Source of the DNA: Bdellovibrionales bacterium
GTDB lineage: Bacteria; Bdellovibrionota; Bdellovibrionia; Bdellovibrionales; JAMPXM01
Direction of reading: 5' to 3'
Assembly (NCBI GenBank): GCA_043746165.1
Contig: JAYTRM010000191.1
Location: 1-46,525 of the forward strand
Length of the DNA: 46,525 bases
Numbering within the stretch: position 1 is the stretch's first letter; every line of letters starts with the position of its first letter. This document shows positions 1 through 8,752 of the stretch, in pieces. The position numbers and the translations under genes were made by a program. Under the pieces are notes generated by a model that did no database searches, was not told the DNA's origin, and was given only the letters and a program-made list of their open reading frames with translations.

Positions 1-32
1 GCGCATAGTTCGGCAAAAGCTCACGATAAAAA

Positions 33-668
33 GTGATCTGGCTCGGTCCGCACTCGCTCCCAGCGCCAATGGACGTTGAACAATTCGAGTTTACGTCCAA
101 AAAAAGTCTCTATTCAGCCCGTTTACAGGTCAGGCGCACGAAGACCGAACTAGGTTGGCTGTCGCAAGTCGAAGGTGTTGCGACCGTCGCAATCTTGAAA
201 AAATGGACTTACGCGATTTGGTCAGAGTCGAGCCACGCGGGTCTAGTCTCTCAAGCTGAAGGCACCGACCGGAAAAATATTTCGTGGCAATGGCAGAAGC
301 AAACTCAAGGCTTTGAAGTTCGCAATCGGAGTTCCGCGCAAATCAGGGAACCTAAACTCAATCCGGTCGGGGTTTCTGACGTCTTATTTCTTTTCAATCA
401 GCTGCTGCGTGAAGAGGCGACTGAGCTACGGGAAGTTGCCGTGGTTTTTCCCGTGGGCTCAAAGTTTTATGCCGCAGCCCTGAGAATAGCGCCAAATCGC
501 GAGGAGCACGCGGGAATCTTCTGTCCTGCGCCAGATGGGAGCCGAGAGATCGACTGGCAACAGGGTACATCTTTTACTGTGAAGTGGAACGCAAACCAGA
601 GTGCGATCACTTCCATTCAAACCCGGCATCGCGTGCTCGGCGATCTTAGACTGGACCTTCAAGTATAG
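33..668 (+). CDS. hypothetical protein
   Basis: 211-aa ORF convergent with the GH3 gene; in-frame stop at 6-8, so the start is GTG33 or ATG69; no recognisable motif. Confidence 0.55.
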   Translation: MIWLGPHSLPAPMDVEQFEFTSKKSLYSARLQVRRTKTELGWLSQVEGVATVAILKKWTYAIWSESSHAGLVSQAEGTDRKNISWQWQKQTQGFEVRNRSSAQIREPKLNPVGVSDVLFLFNQLLREEATELREVAVVFPVGSKFYAAALRIAPNREEHAGIFCPAPDGSREIDWQQGTSFTVKWNANQSAITSIQTRHRVLGDLRLDLQV

Positions 669-689
669 ACGGCTTGCGACCTGTAGTTC

Positions 690-2468
690 TCACCCACCCC
701 GGGTGTTCTTCACTTGTGTGGGCCTGCGGACCTCGGTCGTCACTGTCGGCTTTTGGTTAAAGTACCGTTCTGCGATCATCTTGCCGAGTTCGGGATGGCG
801 AAAGTAAGTCTCCGCAATGTAATTAAAGTCACGGGCATTGACGAGGCTGCCTGGCGTCTCGGTCGAGACAAGTAGCATTCTTCGTGCGACGTCGGGCGCG
901 ATGTGTGCGGCGGCTCTTTCCGCTTGGGCGCCCGAAACGTAAAATACACCGAACGCCCGCGGATTGCTTAGCATGGTGCGGTTAACGGCCTCGGGATGTA
1001 AATAGTCGATGCCAAAGGTACCAACCCTTCGATTCTTTTCAGCGGCGAGTTTAAACGATAAAGCAAAACGCTGATTGGCTGAGAACACGAAGATCGGATG
1101 ACTTTTGGGCTCCTGCCCACTCTTAACCAGCGTTGCTTGTCGCAACTGCATTTCGTCGCTATCGAGCGGTCGGCGAAATTGCGCCACCATTGCGGCGGTC
1201 GCGATTTCAGAGAACGCGCTATTTTCCAAGGCGAGTTTCATTTCTGAGCGGGTGTGCAGAACTGGTGGACCGGCCGCGTAGATCATTTTCACTCGCAAAA
1301 TTCGTCCGACGCTTTCCTCGATCCGCGCCGCCCTCAAGCGACCAGACTGCACGGCACGCTCGATGGAGTTTACGAGTTCACGTTGTAGTCGTCGATTCCA
1401 TGCGACCATGATCATATCGGCGCCAGATTCGATGGCGCGCACCGCGCGCTCACGGGGATCCTTGAGCTCACCAGCACCTTCCATCTGAATATCGTCGGTG
1501 AGCACCAAGCCGTTGAAACCAATCGTGTCACGCAAGACGTCCGTCAAAATCGGCTTCGAGTAAACCGCTGCCGTTCCGCTTGGATCGATTTCGGGGCAGG
1601 CAATGTGACCAACCATGATCGCCCATCTGTCGCCGAGGCTGTTGTTGATTTTGGTGAAGGGCAAAAGATCGAGTTTCATCATTTCGTCCAGAGAAACATT
1701 TTTCTCGGCACGTTCGCTATGCGGATCCTGCGCGAGACTTCCCTGCCCTGGAAAATGTTTTCCCGTGGGCAAGACGCCGCCGCGAATGAGCCCAGAAGAA
1801 AATGCGGTGCCCATGTCGGCGACCAGATTTGGCTCTTCGCCGTAGGAGCGGGTGCCGATAAACGACATCCGATGCGGATCGGCCACGTCGAGGACCGGCG
1901 CGAGATTCATATTAAAACCAAGCGCTTTCATCAAGCGAGCCGTGGCAAAACCGGCTTTTTCTGCAAGACTTGGATCACCACTCCGCCCGATCGCCAGCGC
2001 GCTCGGCAAAGGATTGGCAGTTTTCAAGCGAATGACGCTTCCACCCTCTTGATCGGTGCTGACGAGTAATGGGACGTGAACGTTTTTTTCGGAGATTTGT
2101 TGGGCGCGAAACAGAAGATCTGAAATCTGTTGAGCCGAGGTGATATTGCGGCCGAAAACAATCAAGCCCCCTGGCTGCACTGCCGGCAAGGTGTCCTTTA
2201 GACTCTCGTCAAGTGACACGCCATTGAAGCCGATCATCAAGAGCTGTCCGATTTTCTGCCTTAGTGTCATATTTTTAATTTGCTCAGCGACGGCAATCGC
2301 CGTGGAGTCGCGCGCAAACTTCTCTGCCGCAAACGAAACCGAACTTGCGATCGTCAGCATTCCGAACGCGAAGGGAAAAATAAATTGCAGTTTCGATTGA
2401 GAAGACAGCGGTACCACCAATTTCATTTTCACCGCTCGCGCCCAGCCTGAAAAGGCCGGCACGAACAA
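690..2468 (-). CDS. nagZ: GH3 beta-N-acetylhexosaminidase (NagZ-like), probable signal peptide, C-terminal extension
   Basis: MTLRQKIGQL, DQEGG, APVLDV, KHFPGQG..DPH (variant of KHFPGHG..DSH) and TDDIQM nucleophile motif; true start may be downstream (e.g. 2426). Confidence 0.88.
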   Translation of the reverse strand: MFVPAFSGWARAVKMKLVVPLSSQSKLQFIFPFAFGMLTIASSVSFAAEKFARDSTAIAVAEQIKNMTLRQKIGQLLMIGFNGVSLDESLKDTLPAVQPGGLIVFGRNITSAQQISDLLFRAQQISEKNVHVPLLVSTDQEGGSVIRLKTANPLPSALAIGRSGDPSLAEKAGFATARLMKALGFNMNLAPVLDVADPHRMSFIGTRSYGEEPNLVADMGTAFSSGLIRGGVLPTGKHFPGQGSLAQDPHSERAEKNVSLDEMMKLDLLPFTKINNSLGDRWAIMVGHIACPEIDPSGTAAVYSKPILTDVLRDTIGFNGLVLTDDIQMEGAGELKDPRERAVRAIESGADMIMVAWNRRLQRELVNSIERAVQSGRLRAARIEESVGRILRVKMIYAAGPPVLHTRSEMKLALENSAFSEIATAAMVAQFRRPLDSDEMQLRQATLVKSGQEPKSHPIFVFSANQRFALSFKLAAEKNRRVGTFGIDYLHPEAVNRTMLSNPRAFGVFYVSGAQAERAAAHIAPDVARRMLLVSTETPGSLVNARDFNYIAETYFRHPELGKMIAERYFNQKPTVTTEVRRPTQVKNTRGG

Positions 2469-2477
2469 TTCAAATAC

Positions 2478-5400
2478 TTATCGGCGCACTGTTGCCACGG
2501 CCTGAGGCTTCGACCGGTTTTGGCTAGGGTCCAGACGAGGAGGGACGAGCTTTTCCAAACGCAGAAGTTCGTCATAGATGTTGGGCCAGCTCAAGACATC
2601 CAGGCGAATAATGAGACGCATATCGGGAGTGAGCGAGTACTTCTTACTTTCGCGGCTTGCCAGGTTTACGACTTCAGCTGGCGGAAGCCGTGTCTGCTCG
2701 GTGAACGCGAGAGAAACAGACTTTGGTCCGGAGCTGAGATCACGAATGCCGAGTTCGCGGCAGTGATGGCGAATGAGCATCAATCCCATGAGATTGACGA
2801 CCTGTTCGGGAATGCGGCCGAACTGATCAGAAAGCTCAGATTCGATTCGATCCATGTCCGAAGGCTGCGCGATTTCGGTCATCGCTTTGTAATACGAAAG
2901 ACGGATGCGAATGTCCGGAATGTATTGATCAGGAATGAGCGCCGGAATGCGCACATTTATCTCGGGCTCAACTTGCTCCAGGCTCGGCTCGCCCTTAAGT
3001 TCTGAGATCGCCTGCTGCAAAAGCTCGAGGTACATTTCGTAGCCGACGGCATCGATTTGGCCTGACTGATCTTCACCGAGAATATTTCCCGATCCGCGAA
3101 GTTCTAAATCATGATGCGCGATACGGATACCACTTCCGAGAGCGGTATTTTCTTGAATCACCTTCAGGCGCTCTTGAGCGTCTTTTTCAATGCGCTTGTG
3201 CGCCGGAATTAAGAGGTAGCAATACGCACGCTCTTTGCTTCGTCCGACCCGGCCGCGCAGTTGGTAAAGCTGACTCAGGCCCAACTGATGAGCATTGTCG
3301 ATGAACATCGTATTGGCGCGAGGGTTGTCAATGCCCGATTCAATGATCGTCGTGCAAACCAAGACGTCGATTTGATGGTGATAGAAAGCGACCATCACTT
3401 CTTCGAGCTCGCCTTCATCCATCTGCCCGTGACCGATGCGGATCCGCGCATGCGGCACGATCTGGCGAATTTCGTCTGCAACACCTTGAATACTCTGCAC
3501 GCGGTTGTGCAGGTAAAAAACCTGCCCTCCGCGCGCGATTTCCGCTTCGATCGCCTTGCGTACGGTCTCGGGATCGTACCGGGTCACGAACGTTCGAGTT
3601 GGCAAGCGATCAACTGGCGCAGTGTTGATAATGCTCAGGTCGCGCATTCCAACGAGTGACATATTCAGGGTTCTCGGAATTGGTGTCGCCGAAAGCGTCA
3701 ACGTGTCGATAGCCGTGCGCATCTTTTTTATACGCTCTTTGTGAATCACACCAAAACGCTGCTCTTCATCGACGATCAAGAGACCGAGATCCTTAAACAC
3801 AACGTCCTTGCTGAGTAGACGATGCGTGCCGATGACGATGTCGATTTGGCCGTCCTTAGCCTCGGCTAAAGTTTTGCGCACATCTGCTGGAGAGACGAAG
3901 CGATTCAAGGCGCGAATCTTCACGGGCCAATTTTTAAACCGGCGCTGAAATGTTTCTAAATGCTGAAAACTCAAAACTGTGGTCGGCGCGAGCACCGCAA
4001 TCTGTTTTTGTCCCTCGATCGCTTTAAATGCCGCGCGCATCGCCACTTCTGTTTTACCAAAGCCGACATCGCCGCAAACCAGCCGATCCATGGGTTTATC
4101 CGACGTCATATCGCCAACGATATCGTCAACGGCTTTGAGCTGATCGATCGTCTCGTCATACGGAAACGCGCCTTCAAATTTCGCAAAATCATCGTCGTTG
4201 CGTGGAAACGAAGGTCTGCGAATTTGGCTACGTTTGGCGTAGAGCTCGAGCAGTTCGGCGGCAAGTTCGCGCAGATGACCGCGAACGCGGATTTTGGTCT
4301 TTTGCCACTGAGTGCCGCCAAGTTTGTCGATCAAGTGAGAGCCGCGCGGTCCCGAATATTTTTGAATCTGGGCGATCCGGTAGATCGGCAGGTACAGCTT
4401 GTCGCCGTCTTTATAAGAAAGCGCGATGAATTCGGCCTCAATGCCCGCAATCGGCATCACTTTAAGACCGTCGTAAATTCCGATTCCATGCGCCACATGA
4501 ACAATCGCGTCGCCGGGATTGAGATCGGCAAAACTCAGTGCGCCCGCGCGTTGCTCGAGCGTACCTGCAGCCTTGTGCTCACGCCTTCGATGTTGTTTTT
4601 TTCCAAAGAAATCTTCGTCACGAATAAAAATTAGATTTTCATCGGTGAGCCGCAAGCTTTCGTTTAAGCCTCGAGGCACAATGTGGATGACCTGAGGGTC
4701 GCTTTCCTGCAGAGCCGCCCAGCTTGCCAGGTCAAAGTCGGCCTCCGCAACGAGAGACGCCCGAAAACGGCTGCGTTCAAAAAATGCTGTTAACCGTTGG
4801 CACTGTGCTTGAGTTGCGGCCGCTACCAAAACCGTGGCACCAGACTCGCGCCATTTGTGCACTCGCATGAGCATCGCATCGAGCGCATCTGCCGGATTGG
4901 CCGGTGGAGCAAACCGCAAATCCTGCGAAGCGACCTGCACCGCGCGGTCGTTGGTCGATTCACGGGCGCTCGGATCTTCGCCGAATGTGGCGAACTCAAC
5001 TTTCGAAAATGACATTGTAAAGCGCACGTGATCGCGCGGAAGGCTTTCAAATTTGCCGTAGAGATTGAGCGGCGTGGGCCGAATCACCAAATCTTGCGCC
5101 TCGGCAAATTCCTTGAGCAGCGACTCGTGAAGGGCATCGGCCTCACGCTCGATTTCGGAAAGATTTAAAAGCCATAAATTGAGACCCTGGGATCTGAAAT
5201 GATCGATGGGAAAGGTAAATTCCGGCTCACATGAGCCGATGAGAAAGTCGACACCGGAAAAATACTGGCCCTGCGCGAGTGCCGTCTGAATGGATTCGCG
5301 ATCTTCTTGATCGACTTCGCGCCCGCGGCAACTTGCCTGGAACTCGAGCGAAGCCCGTTGGCGAACATCGTCATCAAAAATAACTTCACGGGCCGGCAAA

Positions 5401-6116
5401 ATCGTCGCCCGGTCGGCCTTTGACTCCGACCGCTGTGTCTCAGGATTGAAAAACCGAAGAGATTCTACCGTATCGCCAAACAGCTCAATCCGCATGGGCA
5501 GGTCATGGGCCGGCGAGTAGATGTCAACAATGCCGCCGCGAATTGCAAACGAACCCTGATCTTCAACCAGGGGCACGGAGTGATAGCCGAGTTTGCCGAG
5601 CAAGCGGGCGAGTTCTGCAGGCAGGTCCTCGCCGACGGCAATTTCTAGGGTGTGGTCATTGAGTCGACCCGCGGAGAGCGTTCGTTGCAACAAGGCTGGC
5701 GCCGAAGCGATAAAAAAATGTTTGAGGCCTGGCGATTTTGCTTCGTGCAGCCAACGTAAGCGCCCGCTAATTGTCCGGGCATTCGGGTAGAGTCCGGTAA
5801 AAGGCGAAACATCAAACGCCGGTAAAATTGAAATTCTGGATTCGGGATCGAAAAAACGCAAATTTTCGGCGAGTTCTTCGGCTTCATTGGCTCGGCTGAC
5901 CACGATTAGGTTTGGCTCTTGCCAAAATCTGCGGTCATTGGATTGGCTGAGGAAAAGAGCAAGTGCGAGCTTGGAGTCGACTCCGGAGATTTCAATATGC
6001 ACATCACCGGAGCTGGCCGCAGAACTCGGCGAGTTCAACGATTGCCGTGAACTCGCAGAGTTCAACGCCCGGCCCAGAACTTTTTCAAAATGAAGGGAGA
6101 GTGGCTCGATCGACAT
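2478..6116 (-). CDS. mfd: transcription-repair coupling factor
   Basis: UvrB-like N-terminus (RGGIVDIY), RID (HGIGIYDG), GDVGFGKT Walker A, DEEQRFG, QLRGRVGRS, TRCF C-terminus. Confidence 0.98.
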   Translation of the reverse strand: MSIEPLSLHFEKVLGRALNSASSRQSLNSPSSAASSGDVHIEISGVDSKLALALFLSQSNDRRFWQEPNLIVVSRANEAEELAENLRFFDPESRISILPAFDVSPFTGLYPNARTISGRLRWLHEAKSPGLKHFFIASAPALLQRTLSAGRLNDHTLEIAVGEDLPAELARLLGKLGYHSVPLVEDQGSFAIRGGIVDIYSPAHDLPMRIELFGDTVESLRFFNPETQRSESKADRATILPAREVIFDDDVRQRASLEFQASCRGREVDQEDRESIQTALAQGQYFSGVDFLIGSCEPEFTFPIDHFRSQGLNLWLLNLSEIEREADALHESLLKEFAEAQDLVIRPTPLNLYGKFESLPRDHVRFTMSFSKVEFATFGEDPSARESTNDRAVQVASQDLRFAPPANPADALDAMLMRVHKWRESGATVLVAAATQAQCQRLTAFFERSRFRASLVAEADFDLASWAALQESDPQVIHIVPRGLNESLRLTDENLIFIRDEDFFGKKQHRRREHKAAGTLEQRAGALSFADLNPGDAIVHVAHGIGIYDGLKVMPIAGIEAEFIALSYKDGDKLYLPIYRIAQIQKYSGPRGSHLIDKLGGTQWQKTKIRVRGHLRELAAELLELYAKRSQIRRPSFPRNDDDFAKFEGAFPYDETIDQLKAVDDIVGDMTSDKPMDRLVCGDVGFGKTEVAMRAAFKAIEGQKQIAVLAPTTVLSFQHLETFQRRFKNWPVKIRALNRFVSPADVRKTLAEAKDGQIDIVIGTHRLLSKDVVFKDLGLLIVDEEQRFGVIHKERIKKMRTAIDTLTLSATPIPRTLNMSLVGMRDLSIINTAPVDRLPTRTFVTRYDPETVRKAIEAEIARGGQVFYLHNRVQSIQGVADEIRQIVPHARIRIGHGQMDEGELEEVMVAFYHHQIDVLVCTTIIESGIDNPRANTMFIDNAHQLGLSQLYQLRGRVGRSKERAYCYLLIPAHKRIEKDAQERLKVIQENTALGSGIRIAHHDLELRGSGNILGEDQSGQIDAVGYEMYLELLQQAISELKGEPSLEQVEPEINVRIPALIPDQYIPDIRIRLSYYKAMTEIAQPSDMDRIESELSDQFGRIPEQVVNLMGLMLIRHHCRELGIRDLSSGPKSVSLAFTEQTRLPPAEVVNLASRESKKYSLTPDMRLIIRLDVLSWPNIYDELLRLEKLVPPRLDPSQNRSKPQAVATVRR

Positions 6117-6285
6117 AGAAGGCTGCCACTATCGCATGCGCGGGCGCGAGGAAAAAGAGAAATGCGATCTGTCCGACCGAGGTGTCGAAAAGGTTCAGCC
6201 TCATTTTTATAAAATCATTACAGCTGCGCCGCGCCAAAGAGTGCGGTGCCAGCCCGACCGAAACTCGCGAAACCGCTTATAACGC

Positions 6286-6314
6286 TTGGATTATCCGAAT
6301 CGCGTCGGTATAAC
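6286..6314 (+). promoter_or_regulatory. sigma70-like promoter for the nuo operon
   Basis: TTGGAT-N17-TATAAC, ~30 bp upstream of nuoA, which has a GGAGG SD. Confidence 0.45.
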
Positions 6315-6343
6315 GAAAAGCACTTGAGAATGACGGAGGGTGA

Positions 6344-6715
6344 ATGTCGAGCTTGCTCGCGGTGATGTTATTGGGATTCATCATTCTTCTTTTCGGAATT
6401 TTTCTTGTTTGGGGTACCGCGCAACTCGGTCCCAAGCGTAAAATGAGCCCGGCAAAGTTAATGCCTTACGAATGCGGCATCCCTGGCGAACGCACCAAAG
6501 ACAGCAAAATTTCGGTCAAATTTTATCTGACAGCCATTCTCTTTATTATTTTCGATATTGAAATCATCTTTATGTATCCATGGGCCGTTGCCTTCACGGA
6601 TTTTATCAAGCAGGGCATGGGCGGCTACATTTTGATCGGCATGGGAATTTTCATCGCCTTGTTCGTTGTCGGTCTGATTTGGGAAGTGAAATCCAAAGCA
6701 CTCGATTGGAATTAA
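6344..6715 (+). CDS. nuoA: NADH-quinone oxidoreductase subunit A
   Basis: PYECG, FYLTAILFIIFDIE, YPWA, ALDW; three TM segments. Confidence 0.97.
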   Translation: MSSLLAVMLLGFIILLFGIFLVWGTAQLGPKRKMSPAKLMPYECGIPGERTKDSKISVKFYLTAILFIIFDIEIIFMYPWAVAFTDFIKQGMGGYILIGMGIFIALFVVGLIWEVKSKALDWN

Positions 6716-6718
6716 GCA

Positions 6719-7870
6719 ATGGGAAAAGACGCGTTCGAGGTTATCGTCAACGTCGCTAAAATGTTTGTCATCTTCCTGATGATGGTTCAGGCCGTGCCCA
6801 TTCTCGTTTGGGCCGAGCGCCGCGGATCCGCTTTCATTCAAAATCGTCTCGGCCCCAACCGAGTCGGTCCGTTGGGGCTCATGCAGCTTCTAGCCGATGC
6901 TGTAAAGTTTCTTTTTAAGGAAGAGTTCGTTCCCGAAGAAGGAATGCGACTCATGTACTTCGGTGCTCCGATCATGGCGCTCATTCCAGGTGCCTTGGCA
7001 TTTGCTTCGATTCCGCTCTCGCTGCCAATCGATATCCAAGAATTTCAGATGCTGGGCCATAGCTTTGGGCCGTATCAGTTTCTCTTTCAGGGCTACGACA
7101 TCGGCGTCGGCATCGTTTTCGTGCTCGGCATTTCCTCGCTTGGGGCGTATTCGCTATTGATGGCAGGGTGGGGCTCGGCCAATAAGTATTCGCTTATGGG
7201 CGCCGTCCGCGCGAGTGCGCAGATGATCAGTTACGAATTGGCGCTCAGCCTCTCTCTCGTCGGCATCTTGATGGTCTTTGGAACGTTTCATTTTGCCGAC
7301 ATTGTCACTGCCCAGACCGGCCCGCTGACCTTTACCTTCCTCGGCAATGTGCACGTCGTTCCGTTTCTTCCGAATTGGGGAATATTCTACAATCCGCTCG
7401 GCGCAGTTTTATTTTTCTGCGCGACCTTTGCCGAGACCAACCGACTTCCCTTTGATTTGCCCGAAGCCGAAGGTGAGTTGGTTGCTGGATTTCATACCGA
7501 ATACGGCGGCTTCAAGATGTTGATGTTCTACATTGGTGAGTATGGCCACATGATGGTCGCGAGTGCCTTGCTAGCCACGTTTTATTTCGGCGGCTATAAT
7601 TTCCCCGGTGTCATGCCCTCGTCAGTTCTGGATTTCTTGAACACAAACCTCGGGCATCCCAATATCGCGAGCATTTTGACGGCTCTGATTTTTCATCTGG
7701 TGATTCTAGTGAAAATCGGATTTTTTCTCTGGGTCTTTATCTGGGTGCGTTGGACTTTGCCACGCTTTCGCTACGACCAATTGATGGACCTAGGCTGGAA
7801 GTCCATGCTGCCCTGGGCGCTTTTCAACACTGTGCTGACTGCGGTTTGGTTGTACGTAAGTCATTCGTGA
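6719..7870 (+). CDS. nuoH: NADH-quinone oxidoreductase subunit H
   Basis: ERR..IQNRLGPNRVG, AQMISYE, ETNRLPFDLPEAEGELVAG, PRFRYDQLM. Confidence 0.98.
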   Translation: MGKDAFEVIVNVAKMFVIFLMMVQAVPILVWAERRGSAFIQNRLGPNRVGPLGLMQLLADAVKFLFKEEFVPEEGMRLMYFGAPIMALIPGALAFASIPLSLPIDIQEFQMLGHSFGPYQFLFQGYDIGVGIVFVLGISSLGAYSLLMAGWGSANKYSLMGAVRASAQMISYELALSLSLVGILMVFGTFHFADIVTAQTGPLTFTFLGNVHVVPFLPNWGIFYNPLGAVLFFCATFAETNRLPFDLPEAEGELVAGFHTEYGGFKMLMFYIGEYGHMMVASALLATFYFGGYNFPGVMPSSVLDFLNTNLGHPNIASILTALIFHLVILVKIGFFLWVFIWVRWTLPRFRYDQLMDLGWKSMLPWALFNTVLTAVWLYVSHS

Positions 7871-7886
7871 ACGAGGTGAATTTTCC

Positions 7887-8426
7887 ATGTTAACCGTCAA
7901 TGATTATCTCTTCTATATTCTCTCGCTGGTCTCGCTTTTTTGCGGCGTTGGAGTGATCACCGTTCAAAACCCGATTTTTTCGGCGTTCTACCTCGCTGTC
8001 ACCATGGTCAGCATCGCCGGTCTCTTCGTCACTCTCAATGCATTCTTCATTGCCGGCGTGCAGCTGATCGTCTACGCCGGAGCCGTGCTGGTTTTGTTTG
8101 TCATGGTTTTGATGTTGTTCGATCTCAAACACGAGATGAAAACATTTTCGCGCGGCCTTGTCGGCAACGTTTTCAAAATCGCGTCAGCTGGTGTGCTGCT
8201 CGGCATGCTGCTCACTTACACTTGGTACACGTTCTCGTCAGATCCGGGTTTTGTTCCTCTGAACAACGATCCTCAAAAAGCCATGGATGTGACTAAGGCC
8301 CTTTCAACTGCGCTCTTTACCCGTTACATTTTTGCTTTCGAAGCGATCGGCGCCTTACTTCTTATGATTGCAGTTGGCGCGGTCACTCTTTCTCGTATCG
8401 CCGGGGGAACACATGCCGACCATTGA
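7887..8426 (+). CDS. nuoJ: NADH-quinone oxidoreductase subunit J
   Basis: NPIFSA, QLIVYAGAVLVLFVMVLML, FAFE. Confidence 0.96.
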   Translation: MLTVNDYLFYILSLVSLFCGVGVITVQNPIFSAFYLAVTMVSIAGLFVTLNAFFIAGVQLIVYAGAVLVLFVMVLMLFDLKHEMKTFSRGLVGNVFKIASAGVLLGMLLTYTWYTFSSDPGFVPLNNDPQKAMDVTKALSTALFTRYIFAFEAIGALLLMIAVGAVTLSRIAGGTHADH

Positions 8427-8739
8427 AGCCGCACTCAAAGTTGGACTGAATCAGTACCTTTATCTTTCGGCCATTCTCTTTGTGCTTGGAATGGTCGGCG
8501 TTCTGCTTCGCCGCAATGTGATCGTTATTTTGATGAGCATCGAGCTCATGCTCAACGCCGTCAATATTAGCTTTTTGGCGTTCAGTCGCTTCAGTGAGAG
8601 CGTCAACGGTCAGATCATGGTCTTCTTTGTCATGACCATCGCGGCCGCCGAAGCCGCTGTTGGCCTGGCTCTTGCCGTGACAATATTTAAAAAATTTCGC
8701 GAAGTGAACATTCGCTTCTTTGAGCACTTGAAAGGCTAG
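8413..8739 (+). CDS. nuoK: NADH-quinone oxidoreductase subunit K
   Basis: RRNVIVILMSIELMLNAVN, AAAEAAVGLA; ATG8413 preceded by GGGGG SD. Confidence 0.97.
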   Translation: MPTIEAALKVGLNQYLYLSAILFVLGMVGVLLRRNVIVILMSIELMLNAVNISFLAFSRFSESVNGQIMVFFVMTIAAAEAAVGLALAVTIFKKFREVNIRFFEHLKG

Positions 8740-8752
8740 AGGAAACGACCGC

